A DNA stretch of 64,000 nucleotides, taken from assembly GCA_000092065.1 (NCBI GenBank), contig CP000600.1; one strand, 5' to 3'. Position numbers and translations under genes: made by a program. The DNA is from Ostreococcus lucimarinus (lineage: Eukaryota). Positions 29,670 through 40,315 of this stretch are shown here, one piece after another; position 1 is the stretch's first letter; every line of letters begins with the position of its first letter. The notes below the pieces were generated by a model, which had not been told where the DNA came from, searched no databases, and saw only the letters and a list, made by a program, of their open reading frames with translations.

Positions 29670-30749
29670 TCACGCGAGCACGCGCACCTTTCCGCCGATA
29701 ATTTCTATGACTTGCGCCGAGTTACCGTAAATGCCTCTTGACGCACCCACGTCGACGCGCCAGACCGTGCCTTTGCACCCACTCGTCACCCCGGTCGTTT
29801 GCGGGGTGTGTCCAATGACGAGTCGTTTCGCATCCGCGCCTTCGAGCGCGGATGCGAGGCGTCGGCAACTCTGCGCTTCGTATTGGATGCCCGCGTCTTT
29901 TCCGCCGTAGTCCCTCGTCCACACCACGCCGTCCGATTCGAGCACTTGCTTTGGAGGCATTTTCGTCTTACCCTCCATCCACATCGCGACTTCTTTATTT
30001 ATGCGTTCAAAGCCGTACTCGACGTGCGATAAATCAATCCCGGCGTGCGCGAACACAGTACCGTCGTCGACGACGAGCACCGTCGGTTGCTTCGCCAACC
30101 ACTTGGCAATCTCTCCACCCGGCTTGAACAACTGTTGCCTCGCGCGAATGCCCGCCGTCGCTTCATCTTCGTCGCCTCGCGTCGCGCTCGCTTCCTCTCC
30201 TTTACCCTCCTTCGCGTTCTCCTTGGCTCGTTTCTTCTCCGCGTATCGCCGACACTCCTCGAACGCCCCCGGCGTGGCGTATCGAAAATCCCCCATCACG
30301 TTCATGATCTCGTGATTCCCATTCATCGTGATCAAGTCTCCACCCGCTTCCTTCGCTTGCTTCGCCAGCGATCGTAGTTTACGCAGGATGGCGATTTCAC
30401 TATCGCCTCGGTCCAGCACGTCGCCGACTTGGACGACGACGGCGTCGCCGCCGTTCCACTTCCCGTTCCCATCGATCACCTGCGCGAGCTCGAGCGATTT
30501 CACCATGGCCAAAAAGTCACCGTGCAGGTCTCCGATGGCGATCAGGCGTCGGCCGTTGAGCGCGACGCGCGTGCGCGGGCCGTCGAGTTCAGGTTTCGTC
30601 GCCGTTCGCGGGTTCGCGGCGACGGCGCGCGCGTGCGCACCGCCGACGCGCGTGATCGCGGAGATCCCGAGCGCGGAGGCGGTGAGGAACGCTCTTCGCG
30701 ACGCGGCGCGGGCGAAGTTGGGGAGCGGAGCGGGCGATGGCGCGGACAT
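29670..30749 (-). CDS. Shewanella-like / bacterial-type PPP-family Ser/Thr protein phosphatase (calcineurin-like metallophosphoesterase) with N-terminal twin-arginine (SRRAFL) signal
   Basis: GDLHGD, GDVLDRG, GNHE metallophosphoesterase motifs. Lysine/glutamate-rich insertion. N-terminus MSAPSPAPLPNFARAASRRAFLTASALGISAI resembles a Tat signal. True ATG at 30749. Confidence 0.7.
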   Translation of the reverse strand: MSAPSPAPLPNFARAASRRAFLTASALGISAITRVGGAHARAVAANPRTATKPELDGPRTRVALNGRRLIAIGDLHGDFLAMVKSLELAQVIDGNGKWNGGDAVVVQVGDVLDRGDSEIAILRKLRSLAKQAKEAGGDLITMNGNHEIMNVMGDFRYATPGAFEECRRYAEKKRAKENAKEGKGEEASATRGDEDEATAGIRARQQLFKPGGEIAKWLAKQPTVLVVDDGTVFAHAGIDLSHVEYGFERINKEVAMWMEGKTKMPPKQVLESDGVVWTRDYGGKDAGIQYEAQSCRRLASALEGADAKRLVIGHTPQTTGVTSGCKGTVWRVDVGASRGIYGNSAQVIEIIGGKVRVLA

Positions 30750-30834
30750 GGCGCTACGCGAGCGAACGCCGAAGGCGCGTTGTGCGGCGACGCGCGGCGG
30801 CGAGACGGTGGCTATGAGAAAGTCGCACTACACG

Positions 30835-33654
30835 CTAAAGTCCAGCGTCGTCGTCGATTAAATCGTCTTTGACTTCTTCGTTGTCGCGTATGAAAGCGTC
30901 GAGGACGTTGAGACCGGCGAGATTGAAGCCCATCAAATCGCGCGCCTCCTTGGCGCGCGCGCGAAGGAGCGGTCTGAGCTTCACGAGGGTGCGTCTCGTC
31001 TCTGGCGTGCGTCCGAACGAGTTGGCGTGTAATCGCATGACTAGGGCGGCGATCTTGCACGTCAGTTCGACTTTTTGGCCGGCGTTGAGCCAGGTTGTGA
31101 GATGGTTGAGGATTTCGTGGGCGAAATCGAAGGGGATGCACAGGATGGCTTGCTCGAGTTCGCTCGGGCGAATCTTTGCGATGGCGTTCAGAGCGTACGT
31201 TTCCGGTGACTGCCCTAACAGTAAAGGATTTGGCTGTATCGGTGCGAGCTTTCCGCCGGATTTGGCGCTGTCCGCAGCGTGTTCGGCAAGGCGCTTGGTT
31301 TCGTGCTCAGCGAGCTCGAGCGCCTCGACGATGGCGTCGGCGGCGGTCAACGTCTCCAAAGTTTTGCGACCCGCCATGCCAGCCTCGCCTTCAGCAGGAA
31401 GATCGGTGTTTGGGCGCACTCGCTCGTCATCAATGCCTTCGTCGAGCATAGATTCCAATCGCTTTTCCTGTTCTTCGTCAACGAAGAAGGGCTCATCGGT
31501 GCGCTCCCACATGCGAATTGAGCGATCGCCGCTGCCGGTGATGACAAAGTTTCCTCGCGTGCTCACCGCCAGGCACCACACCGGGCCGTGATGCGCCTCA
31601 AGCGTGAGCAGAGGATCAAATTTGTCGGCGTCCCAATATTTCACTAATTTATCCTTACCAACCGAGAACAAGTAATGCGTCTTTGGCACAAACTTCAACG
31701 CCATAACAGAGTCTTGATGGGCAAAAATTGACCTGTGACAATCGCCAAAGTCCAATCCCCAGATACGAATGTTCTTGTCCGCGCCTGCCGACGCGAGCAA
31801 CTGCGAATCACTGGATATGTCGTGGCACAACGCCGGAAGTCTGTGGCCATACAGCGACAGGTTGAACTTCAGGCTGTCCACGAAGAAGACCTTGAGCGTG
31901 TTGTCAAGGAGCGACACCGAGAGCAGCTTCCCATCGGGACTGATTTGGCAGCTCAACACATCTTCCGCCATTTGCAACGTGCGCATGTGGTTGAAACTAA
32001 GAGTGCGCAAACCGTTTTCGCCTTTCTCTAATGTCCATTCCCAGAATCGCACCGTCTTGTCCGCCGAAGCGGAGACGAAACCACTGTCGTCGGGAAGCAT
32101 GGCGAACGCCCACACCGCGCCTTCGTGCGCCTCGTCGGGTACAGTGAGCTGGGTTCCTGCGTTCACATCAACGAGCTCGATCGCGCCTTGCTTGGTACCA
32201 ATGATGGCGTGCCGACCGCCCGGGGCGAACGACGCACACAACCCGTATCCACCCTTAACGGTTCTCAAACACGCGCCGTCGGCGACATTCCACAGCTTGC
32301 AGCCGTTACTCGAGCACGAAAGCACGGTTTCATCATCCGGCGAGAGTGCTACGGCACGAACATCAGAGCGATGCCCGGGGTTCTCGATGGCGTGTAATTT
32401 TTCTGGCTCTTCTTCTTCGATGATTTCCCACTCTTGCACCGAGTTGTCGTCGAGCAACACGGCAACTTTGCACATCACATCCGTCCGCTTCGGCGCTTCC
32501 GTCGCGAACGCGAAGCCGCGCATTTTAGTTTTGGTCGTGACCGTTGATGCGAGTTCCAGCTCATCCCCCGCGCTTCGTGCGCCCTCTTCATCGTGCTCCT
32601 CTCGGGCTTCCTTCGCCGCATCCAAGTCGCCGAGTTCCTCAGCTTCGCGCGCTTTCGCTTCCATCTTTTCGCGTTTGCGCTTCAACCGGCGCTTTTGTTT
32701 CTTCATCGCTTCTTTATCGCCGCGCACGCGGTATATTTCGAGGCCGCGACCCGCGCCTTGCACGCCTAGATAGTTCCCAGTTTGATGAAACCGCACCGTC
32801 ATCGCTCGTCCCTTTGCGGCGCGCGTCACCGTTCCCATTCGCACCAACGGCGACTCTTGATCGTACCCATCTCTTGACTCATCGCAGTCATACACATGTA
32901 GCTTATCATCCCACGTTCCGATCACGCATCGCGTCTGCGTTGGGTTGACGTCTAAACTCCACGTCTCGCCCTCGAACCCCGTGCACGTCTGCGTGCACGC
33001 TCTCGTCCCCAAATCCCAAACTTTCACGTAGCCATCCTTACTCGTCGACACCACCTTTCGCCCGAATAGCTCAGCGCTCTTGTGCATTTTCCCATCGATG
33101 ATGACCACGTCCGTGATTTGATCGCGATGTCCTCGCAACCGCGTCAGCCCGCTCTCGGCGACTACGTCCCAAACCACAACGTCGGCGTCTCGCCCACCGG
33201 ACACCAGCAAGCTCCCGTCCTGCGAAAATCGTAGCGCGGTCACGTCGCGTTTATGTCCTCTAAAAGTCACGTCGCAGTCTAAATCACTCAACGACCAGAG
33301 TCTGATGCTTCCGTCGCTCGCCCCGCACGCGACGACGTCGCCGTTCGGCGACCTCGCGACGCACGTCACCCTCGGCGTCGCCTTCGTCACTCCGTGATCG
33401 TCTGGCTGCGGCTGTGGAATCAACGACGTATCGCGGACGCCGCGCTTCAAGTCCCAGATCCCCACGCGTTCGAGCGCGACGACGGCGAGGCGTTCTCGCG
33501 CCGCCGCCGCCGCCGGTTGCGCGTCGGAAAAATCATCATTTCCGCGCGACGTCGACGCTGGGACGTACGTGAGCGCGCCGGCGGTGTCCGAGATACCCGT
33601 CGCGACGACACCCCACGCTGCGGCTTGCTCGTAGCGCAGGTACGCCTTGACCAT
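30835..33654 (-). CDS. WDR3: WD40-repeat U3 snoRNP/SSU-processome protein WDR3 (UTP12/DIP2 homologue)
   Basis: From internal ATG 33654: MVKAYLRYEQAAAWGVV (the WDR3 N-terminus begins ...YLRY). Multiple WD repeats (GHKRDVTALRFSQDGSLLVSGGRDADVVVWD, GHRLPALCHDISSDSQLLASAGADKNIRIWG). Central Lys-rich coiled region. C-terminal Utp12-type helical domain. Confidence 0.8.
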   Translation of the reverse strand: MVKAYLRYEQAAAWGVVATGISDTAGALTYVPASTSRGNDDFSDAQPAAAAARERLAVVALERVGIWDLKRGVRDTSLIPQPQPDDHGVTKATPRVTCVARSPNGDVVACGASDGSIRLWSLSDLDCDVTFRGHKRDVTALRFSQDGSLLVSGGRDADVVVWDVVAESGLTRLRGHRDQITDVVIIDGKMHKSAELFGRKVVSTSKDGYVKVWDLGTRACTQTCTGFEGETWSLDVNPTQTRCVIGTWDDKLHVYDCDESRDGYDQESPLVRMGTVTRAAKGRAMTVRFHQTGNYLGVQGAGRGLEIYRVRGDKEAMKKQKRRLKRKREKMEAKAREAEELGDLDAAKEAREEHDEEGARSAGDELELASTVTTKTKMRGFAFATEAPKRTDVMCKVAVLLDDNSVQEWEIIEEEEPEKLHAIENPGHRSDVRAVALSPDDETVLSCSSNGCKLWNVADGACLRTVKGGYGLCASFAPGGRHAIIGTKQGAIELVDVNAGTQLTVPDEAHEGAVWAFAMLPDDSGFVSASADKTVRFWEWTLEKGENGLRTLSFNHMRTLQMAEDVLSCQISPDGKLLSVSLLDNTLKVFFVDSLKFNLSLYGHRLPALCHDISSDSQLLASAGADKNIRIWGLDFGDCHRSIFAHQDSVMALKFVPKTHYLFSVGKDKLVKYWDADKFDPLLTLEAHHGPVWCLAVSTRGNFVITGSGDRSIRMWERTDEPFFVDEEQEKRLESMLDEGIDDERVRPNTDLPAEGEAGMAGRKTLETLTAADAIVEALELAEHETKRLAEHAADSAKSGGKLAPIQPNPLLLGQSPETYALNAIAKIRPSELEQAILCIPFDFAHEILNHLTTWLNAGQKVELTCKIAALVMRLHANSFGRTPETRRTLVKLRPLLRARAKEARDLMGFNLAGLNVLDAFIRDNEEVKDDLIDDDAGL

Positions 33655-33799
33655 GTCGAGCGGGACGCGGTGAATTGTGAAGCGCGAGCGGGACGGCGCT
33701 CGAGGACCGCGCGGCGACGTCGAGGCCGAATCAAAGAGCGATCGAAAAGCGCGCGCGTGTGAAGTAAAATTAATTATGTCGTGATGTGACGCCACGTGA

Positions 33800-34537
33800 T
33801 CAACGGAAGATTTTAAAGCCGTCGGCGACCGCGCGCATTTCTGCTTCGGCGTCGTCGTATCGTTCGGCGTCCTCCTCCACGGTCAACGTGTAAAGCGTGC
33901 TCGATCCAGCGTCGTCCACGTCCAGGGCTAACGTGCACTGAATCACGCGCCTGACGCCCAGCACGTTCTTTTCGTACACGATGTCGTAGTACTCGATCGA
34001 ATCTTTTCGACGTTCGGCGAACACGCGCAGTTTGGCGTTCGCCTTGCCGCGCGACTTTTTATTTTCAGAATCCACCAAACGCGCCGCCACGTCCTCGATC
34101 GAACCTATGTCGCGCAAACTCCGCGGCCCGCCGCTCGAGGCGGTCTGCTTACTCAGCGTGATCGTGTTCCCCGCCAACCCAAAACGTTTGTCCCGCAGCA
34201 GCGTCTCGTACGTCTTGCCCGAGGCGCTGTCCCCCAGATCGATCTCTTCGAAGTACTCCGGCACGTTACCGACGCGAAACGAGCGCGTCTCCACGCTAAA
34301 CGTCCGCGTTTCCTTCGTCGCGTCGCCCTCGTCGCGCGCTCGCGCGTCTTTCGCGAGCAGCGGGAGCAAACTCAACTGTAAACCTCGCGCAAAGCGTCGT
34401 CGAGTCGTCGTCGCTCCCGCGCGCGCGTCGTCGCTCCCGCGCGCGCGCGCCGCGGCCGACCGTTTCGCGTCGCGGCGTCGCTCGCGCCGCGGCGCCGCGC
34501 GAGTCGCCGCGCGCGCGCCGATCGGCGAAGCGCGCAT
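33800..34537 (-). CDS. PsbP-domain protein (PPD-like), thylakoid lumen via twin-arginine signal
   Basis: From ATG 34537: transit-like MRASPIGARAATRAAP..., then TRRRFARGLQLSLLPLLA (RR plus hydrophobic). Mature part has PsbP-family features (SLRDIGSIEDVAARLV, YYDIVYEKN, LYTLTVEEDAERYDDAEAEMRAVADGFKIF). Confidence 0.55.
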   Translation of the reverse strand: MRASPIGARAATRAAPRRERRRDAKRSAAARARGSDDARAGATTTRRRFARGLQLSLLPLLAKDARARDEGDATKETRTFSVETRSFRVGNVPEYFEEIDLGDSASGKTYETLLRDKRFGLAGNTITLSKQTASSGGPRSLRDIGSIEDVAARLVDSENKKSRGKANAKLRVFAERRKDSIEYYDIVYEKNVLGVRRVIQCTLALDVDDAGSSTLYTLTVEEDAERYDDAEAEMRAVADGFKIFR

Positions 34538-34662
34538 CGGTTCGAACGTCCGACAGTGCCGCGCGCGCGCGAGACGAAGCGTCACTTTGCGCGGTGCGTC
34601 CTATTTTTAAAGAGCGCGCGCGCGCGCGCGCCGCGGGCGCGCGGCGGCCGCGCGCGCGCGCG

Positions 34663-36777
34663 ATGGCGCGAGACGCCGTCGTCGAGCGCCGGTCGTCGGC
34701 GCGCGCGACGCCGCGCGTCGCCGCGCGCTCGGAGAGCCGCGCGGGACATCGCTCGCGTCGGCTGGAACGGCGAGACGGACGCGCGGGCGCGGCGACGTCT
34801 CTCGGGTTTCGACGGGCCCGCGACGTCGCGAACGAGGACGGAATCGAGCGGTGCGAGTGGAACGCGTCGTCGGAGGCGATGTCGCGAAGCGTGCTGGACG
34901 CGGCGACGACGCGGGCGGTGGCGAAGGTGGCGGCGCTTCGCGCGGCGAACGGCGACGACGAAGAACGACGCGCGGCGGTGGAGGATGCGCTTCGCGCCGT
35001 AGATCTCGTGGCGTCGAGCGCGAAGGAGGAAGTAAAGTCGGCGATGCGCTCGGTGAAGCGAGGGCGCGCGCGGGCGAAGGAGCTACGTGAGGAACTCGCG
35101 AGGGAGACGCGGCGGAGCGTAAAGGCGGAGACGGACGCGCGAGAGTTGCGATGCGATTTGGAATGCGCGCGCACGGCGTCGACGTGCGTTGATGTAGACG
35201 GCGCGAGTCGTATTACGGCGTCTGATGACTCGAATGGTCTAGGGCACACCGACGACGACGACGATTCGCGCGTGCGGCGCGCGTCGCAGTCGTCTAGCGA
35301 ATGCGCGAGCGCGTCGCCGCGTACCGAACGCGAACTGAGCGAGGTAGCGTCATCTTTAGGGGACGCAGACGTGGTCGCGAGCCTTCCCGTATTCGTTACA
35401 GACTTAAATCGGGAATGTGGCGGTGAAACCGGGACTGCGGTCGCGGGACGCGATCGACACGTTGATGACGACGACGCGCGGTTCTTCGCCGATACGGAGG
35501 CGTTGGATTCGCCGACGACACATCGTTTGGCGACACTCATAGCGATTGAGTTAGCTCTGAGCTATGACTCAAGCATGGACGTTTCGCATCGTGTTCGCGA
35601 GTTCTTTTACAAGCGACACGGCTCGCGGACTCTCGGTGACAAACACCACCAAATGTTCACGAAGGCGCTCGCGACGATCAACGCGCAGAGCGAGTGGGTG
35701 CAGACTTTCACACGATTCAAAGAGCTCGACGCGTTCGAACTCGAGCGAGTGATGTCGACCATTCGATTCACACAGCATGTATTGATTGAGTCACCGCAAA
35801 CTGCGCCGGTATTAGGCGTTGAAGAGGCGACGCGTTCGCTGGCACACTTGCTGGCTCCCGTTCTTGGCGAAGCGGCTCCGTCGACGGAAGACGTCGACGT
35901 CATCCGGCGAAGTGCGACGCATCGAAACGGAATATCGCGCGTCTCATTCGCGCTCGTCATAGAAAGGGGGCTCGTCGGTATTGTGCGTGCGCGGACATTC
36001 GCGCGCGAGGCCATCGCAGCGACGTTCGCCAAGCGGCATCCGTATGGAACCTTGGCGCATCACCCGGCGCTCGTGAAAACACTCAGCGAAGCGTTCAAGA
36101 GCGCGGGTGCGATCGCGCGCGCGATGCTGAACGACGACGACATGATTGATCGCGTCGCTGCTGACATCGCTCGGCGAGATGCCTCGACGCAAGATTTCGT
36201 CACGCTCGAGTGCTTCGTCGACGTCGCCTCGCGCGAACTCGAGCGATCGGGAGTTTCCAAAGCCTCCGACGTCGTAACGCCGCTTCGACCGCATACAGGA
36301 CCATCGCCACCAAAAGTCGCGTCGAATTCAATTCGACTCGTCAGCTCGCTCGCGCTCGTGGCGCACGCCTGGAGCATGGCCGCCGCCGTCGTCGATCGCT
36401 GGCTTCAGAAATGCGCCGCCGACGCGCGCCGTCCCCCGGCGCCGACCGCGGTCCATCGCACCGCACCATCCATCGCGACCGGCGCGTCACGCGCACCAAA
36501 TCCCCCGAATCCACCCTTACCCCAACCCATCGACGCCTCCAAGCGTCGTCTCATCAAGCGTCACGTCGGCCGGCTCGCCAAGCTTCGCGCCACCGCCGAC
36601 TTCGCCGTGCGCGCCGCGCAATCGCTCGCCCGTCGCGCCGACGCGACCAGCGACGTCGACCGCGCGTGGCAAACGTACGCGTCGACCGTGTGCGCGTTCG
36701 AAGCCGCGTTTTTAGCGCGCAGGCGTTCCCTCGGCGTCGTCGAAGGCGCGCTCGCCGACTGTTGGCGCCCACATTGA
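34663..36777 (+). CDS. Hypothetical protein (about 700 aa), no recognised domain
   Basis: Long ORF whose central part (35300..36300) has lower GC and non-repetitive composition. Start assigned to the first ATG (MARDAVVERRSSARATPRV). Real status less certain because long ORFs arise by chance at this GC content. Confidence 0.45.
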   Translation: MARDAVVERRSSARATPRVAARSESRAGHRSRRLERRDGRAGAATSLGFRRARDVANEDGIERCEWNASSEAMSRSVLDAATTRAVAKVAALRAANGDDEERRAAVEDALRAVDLVASSAKEEVKSAMRSVKRGRARAKELREELARETRRSVKAETDARELRCDLECARTASTCVDVDGASRITASDDSNGLGHTDDDDDSRVRRASQSSSECASASPRTERELSEVASSLGDADVVASLPVFVTDLNRECGGETGTAVAGRDRHVDDDDARFFADTEALDSPTTHRLATLIAIELALSYDSSMDVSHRVREFFYKRHGSRTLGDKHHQMFTKALATINAQSEWVQTFTRFKELDAFELERVMSTIRFTQHVLIESPQTAPVLGVEEATRSLAHLLAPVLGEAAPSTEDVDVIRRSATHRNGISRVSFALVIERGLVGIVRARTFAREAIAATFAKRHPYGTLAHHPALVKTLSEAFKSAGAIARAMLNDDDMIDRVAADIARRDASTQDFVTLECFVDVASRELERSGVSKASDVVTPLRPHTGPSPPKVASNSIRLVSSLALVAHAWSMAAAVVDRWLQKCAADARRPPAPTAVHRTAPSIATGASRAPNPPNPPLPQPIDASKRRLIKRHVGRLAKLRATADFAVRAAQSLARRADATSDVDRAWQTYASTVCAFEAAFLARRRSLGVVEGALADCWRPH

Positions 36778-37002
36778 CATTTCGCCAACGGCTGGTCTTT
36801 TTCGCGCGTTCGCCGCGCGCCGCCGCGCGACATCATCGCGCGCCGCACACGCCCGCGCGGCGAGCTGGCGCGCGTCGCGGCCGACGGCGAGCGTCAAAGC
36901 GTCGACTCCGCGCGATCGACGCCGACGCGACGCCGTCGCGCGCGCCGACGCGCCGTCTCGAGCGCGTGAAGCGCCGCCGCCGCCGACGCCGAAATCGTCG
37001 TC

Positions 37003-38532
37003 ATGAGCTCGTCGTTCGCGAAAAAGCTCGCGGACAGCGATAAACGCGTGCGCGATAAGACGTTCGTGAACGTGTCGAAGTGGCTGGCCAGTCGCGAGAC
37101 GCTGACGGCGATCGATGGGAAGAAGCTGTGGCGCGGGTTGTTTTACTCGTATTGGCACGCCGACGGGAGAGCGACGCAGCTGGAGGTGGCGAATAAGATG
37201 GGAGCGCTCGTGCACGTGCTGAATCGCGAGGTGGCGATGGTGTACTTGGAAGCGGGGTTGTGGACGATGCGCACGGAGTGGGGTGGGATAGATAAGCACA
37301 GGATGGATAAGTATTGCTTGTTGACGCGACGCGTGTTGCACCACGGGTTTCGATTCGCGGGCGAACGAGGATGGGATATGGCGGATGATATCGGACGCGC
37401 GATGGCGGAGGCGATATTTGGGGCGCCGAAATCGGCGCAGTTGGAGGGTATCGGGTTCAAGTTGCACGTGGCGGAGGTGTTTTTGAGGGAGGTTGAGGCG
37501 GTGTGTAAGGGTGAGACGGGTTTGGCGATGGACGACGGGGAGGAGGAAATCGAGGCGGGCGCTCCGACGCCGATTCCGAGCGGCGCACTCGCGGCGTTGG
37601 TGGTCGTTTTCATCAACGCCATGCAGAAGGAGGAGAGCAATGTGTTGCTCAAGCGCATCCGCACCGACGTGTTCGAACCACTGACGGATGCGTCGCGAGC
37701 GAGCGAGGATCCGCGCGCGCCGCGTTTGACACCGAGTGCTTTGAAGAAACTTTACGAGCGCGCCATCACGCTCGGTGCCGAGCACGGCGTCGACGATGCG
37801 TGCAGAGAGTCGTTATACGAGTTACACGCCATGTTGAAGAAAGGCGCGAGCAAGATCAAGAAGGACGCCGAGGCGCGTGGTGAGGATCCAGAGGCGGAGG
37901 ACGTCGCGTCGCCACCGAAAAAGCGTAAGCAGAACGGCGTCTCGCAAGAGAGCGCCGGACTCGTCAACGGTTCGACTGCGAAGAAAAAGAAGAAGACGAA
38001 ACGCAAAGTCGACGAAGTCGACAAGCCCGTCGACGAAGAGGCCGCGAAGAAAGAAAAGAAACGTCGTAAGCGCGAACGTCGCCTGGCGAAGGAGCTCGCC
38101 GCGCGAGAAGCAGAGGAAGAGCGAAGCGCTAAGAAGAAGAAGAAGAAAAAGTCAAGCTCAAAGTCATCCGATGATGCCGCGACGGCAAAATCGTCAGACG
38201 CGTCAGAGAGGAGTGGATCGAAGCTGGTCGCCATGCGCGCCGTCGTGGACCGCGGAAACTCCGCGTCGCCGACGCCGTCGCTCGACTCGCTCGACTCCCC
38301 GTCCATGTCCCCGAGATCGAAACGCTTGATGTGGAACGACGAAGGCATCACGTATTCATCCCCGGACCTCCGGGGTCCGATCAACACGAAACGCGGCAAG
38401 CAAAATCTTCGTCTGACGCCGACGAAGACCATCTTCCGTCCGATTCACGGCAAGACCCACAGCGCGCCGCCGAAGCAGACCAAAACAAAGCTCTCCAACG
38501 GCGTCAAGCGTTCCGCCGAAGCATTCTTCTGA
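37003..38532 (+). CDS. RRP1: Ribosomal RNA processing protein 1 homologue (RRP1/Nop52 domain)
   Basis: MSSSFAKKLADSDKRVRDKTFVNVSKWLAS...LWRGLFYSYWHAD matches the Nop52 N-terminal domain. Lys/Glu-rich basic C-terminal tail. True ATG. Confidence 0.7.
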   Translation: MSSSFAKKLADSDKRVRDKTFVNVSKWLASRETLTAIDGKKLWRGLFYSYWHADGRATQLEVANKMGALVHVLNREVAMVYLEAGLWTMRTEWGGIDKHRMDKYCLLTRRVLHHGFRFAGERGWDMADDIGRAMAEAIFGAPKSAQLEGIGFKLHVAEVFLREVEAVCKGETGLAMDDGEEEIEAGAPTPIPSGALAALVVVFINAMQKEESNVLLKRIRTDVFEPLTDASRASEDPRAPRLTPSALKKLYERAITLGAEHGVDDACRESLYELHAMLKKGASKIKKDAEARGEDPEAEDVASPPKKRKQNGVSQESAGLVNGSTAKKKKKTKRKVDEVDKPVDEEAAKKEKKRRKRERRLAKELAAREAEEERSAKKKKKKKSSSKSSDDAATAKSSDASERSGSKLVAMRAVVDRGNSASPTPSLDSLDSPSMSPRSKRLMWNDEGITYSSPDLRGPINTKRGKQNLRLTPTKTIFRPIHGKTHSAPPKQTKTKLSNGVKRSAEAFF

Positions 38533-38552
38533 CGAACGCGCGCGAAACCAAC

Positions 38553-38576
38553 CGACGACGACGACGACGACGATGA
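38553..38576. repeat. (CGA)8 trinucleotide repeat in RRP1 3' region
   Basis: ccgacgacgacgacgacgacgacgatgat immediately after the RRP1 stop. Confidence 0.6.
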
Positions 38577-38692
38577 TCCGATTTACATTACCACACTACT
38601 CCTCACTCTTCATTGTAACACGAATGTGTCTCCATACGTAGAAACGCCCTCGCTTCGTCTTCGCGCCTCGCCGCACTCGCCGCCTCTTCGCC

Positions 38693-40201
38693 ATGCCCGC
38701 GCTCGAAGAGGTCGACTGCGAGTTCATCGGCCCCGGCGGCGCGCGCGTCGAACGCGCCCTCGGCGACGTCGTGCGATGTCCCGTCGCCGTTCGCGGCGCG
38801 TGCGCGACGAGCGACGCGCACCCGCGCGACGCCTCGCGTCAACAGTCTGATTCAGCGAAACCGTCGCTCGCGCGCGCGGTCCGCGACGCCGCGCTCTCGA
38901 ACGGCGCGCTCACGGAGATCACCCGCGCGCTGTCGCAGTCGACGCGCGACGGCGCGGCGCCGAAAGCCGCGCTGGCGTGGCACCCGACGAAGGAAATCTT
39001 GGCGACGACGGATGACGGCGGTCGGTGCGCGACGCGCGACGCGGCGATGGATGATAAAGGCGCGGTGCGGGCGCGGAAACGCGCGAGCGACGACGAGAGC
39101 GAGTGCGAGGACGAGGTGACGACGCTGCGGCATCGCGCGCACGGACGGTGCGCGGCGATGGCGTGGCGGCCGAGACGGGGACGAGCGCTCGCGCTCGCGG
39201 GCGCGTCGGGCGTGTGCGTTTGGACGCGAGAGCGACGCGCGACGCGCGCGTCGAGCGCGGTTGCGAGCGAAACAGGAGCGCTAAGCCCGGTCGATGCGGC
39301 GAAAGTGCGAGCGTTGGCGCAGCGCGGGACGAGCGGGAAGACGAGCGGGTACCGTTGGAGGCTTACGATTTACAACGAGCGCGGAGCGCACGAGGCGGGG
39401 CCGACGGCGCCGCCGGGCGGGATATGCGCGTCGGAGTGCGTAGCGTGGAGCCCAGATGGACTTTTACTCGTGGCGTGCTCGCGAAGGTGTCGCGTGATTC
39501 ATTGCTGGGACGTGAGCGCGGGGACGTACACGCCTTTGGGCGGCGGCGGCGCGGGCATCTCCAGAGTCGCCTTCAGCGCGTGCGGAGGTTACCTTCTCGC
39601 CGCGCACGTGGGCGAGGGCTTTAGCGTTTGGCAGTGCGACACGATGACGTGTAGAAAGTGGAGCACGAACGGGCGCGAGGTGACCGCGACGGCCTGGGGC
39701 AACGTGCAAGGGAAGCAGGGAGACGCTCCGGTGGCGTTGATAGCCACGCGCGGTTCGGCGAAGCTCTCCGCCGTGCATCTTTCGCCCAGGGATTGCGTGA
39801 ACGAGATTGCGGCTCACGTGTTACCCTTAGAACTCCCGGACATCGTCGGCGGCGACGCCTCGCGATCTGGGACGAGCGAGCACGACGTCGCGGACATGGT
39901 TTGGGACGCGTCGAGCTCGCGCCTCGCGCTCGCGTTGCGCGGCGGCGACAGAGACGGTGTCGTCGCCCTCTACGCCACGCGCACGACAAACATCGTCAGC
40001 AGCAGTCTGATCGGATACTTCGACACCGCGGATGACGATACCGGCGCGCGCGTACCGGCGCAAGCGGTTAAAATTTCCACCCCGCTCGCCGTCGCCGCCG
40101 GCAGACTCCGCGCGACGCTCGCCGTCGCCTTCGCCAACGGCGACGTCGCCCTCGTCCCGCTCACCTTCGCCGACCCGTCCCTCGCGAGCGCGGCGTCTTA
40201 G
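38693..40201 (+). CDS. AAAS: ALADIN (AAAS) WD-repeat nucleoporin homologue
   Basis: Collinear similarity to ALADIN: ALAWHPTKEILATTDDGG, MAWRPRRGRALALAGASGVCVW, VAWSPDGLLLVACSRRCRVIHCWDVSAGTYTPLGGGGAGISRVAFSACGGYLLAAHVGEGFSVWQCDTMTCRKW. True ATG at 38693. Confidence 0.65.
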   Translation: MPALEEVDCEFIGPGGARVERALGDVVRCPVAVRGACATSDAHPRDASRQQSDSAKPSLARAVRDAALSNGALTEITRALSQSTRDGAAPKAALAWHPTKEILATTDDGGRCATRDAAMDDKGAVRARKRASDDESECEDEVTTLRHRAHGRCAAMAWRPRRGRALALAGASGVCVWTRERRATRASSAVASETGALSPVDAAKVRALAQRGTSGKTSGYRWRLTIYNERGAHEAGPTAPPGGICASECVAWSPDGLLLVACSRRCRVIHCWDVSAGTYTPLGGGGAGISRVAFSACGGYLLAAHVGEGFSVWQCDTMTCRKWSTNGREVTATAWGNVQGKQGDAPVALIATRGSAKLSAVHLSPRDCVNEIAAHVLPLELPDIVGGDASRSGTSEHDVADMVWDASSSRLALALRGGDRDGVVALYATRTTNIVSSSLIGYFDTADDDTGARVPAQAVKISTPLAVAAGRLRATLAVAFANGDVALVPLTFADPSLASAAS

Positions 40202-40315
40202 TTTTTTAGCGGCGAGACACGAGCGCGATCGCTCGCGCGATCGATTGTGATACCGACGGCGTCGGCGTTCGCTCCGGAACCGTCTCGTCCCGAGCCTCAC
40301 TCAAAGACGCACGCC

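Noticed and set aside
34538-34560. ggttcgaacg motif resembling a tRNA B-box.
   Set aside because: It lies inside the PsbP-like coding sequence. No matching A-box, acceptor stem or cloverleaf could be built. No convincing tRNA or rRNA gene was found anywhere in the window by eye, though a covariance-model scan would be needed to be sure.
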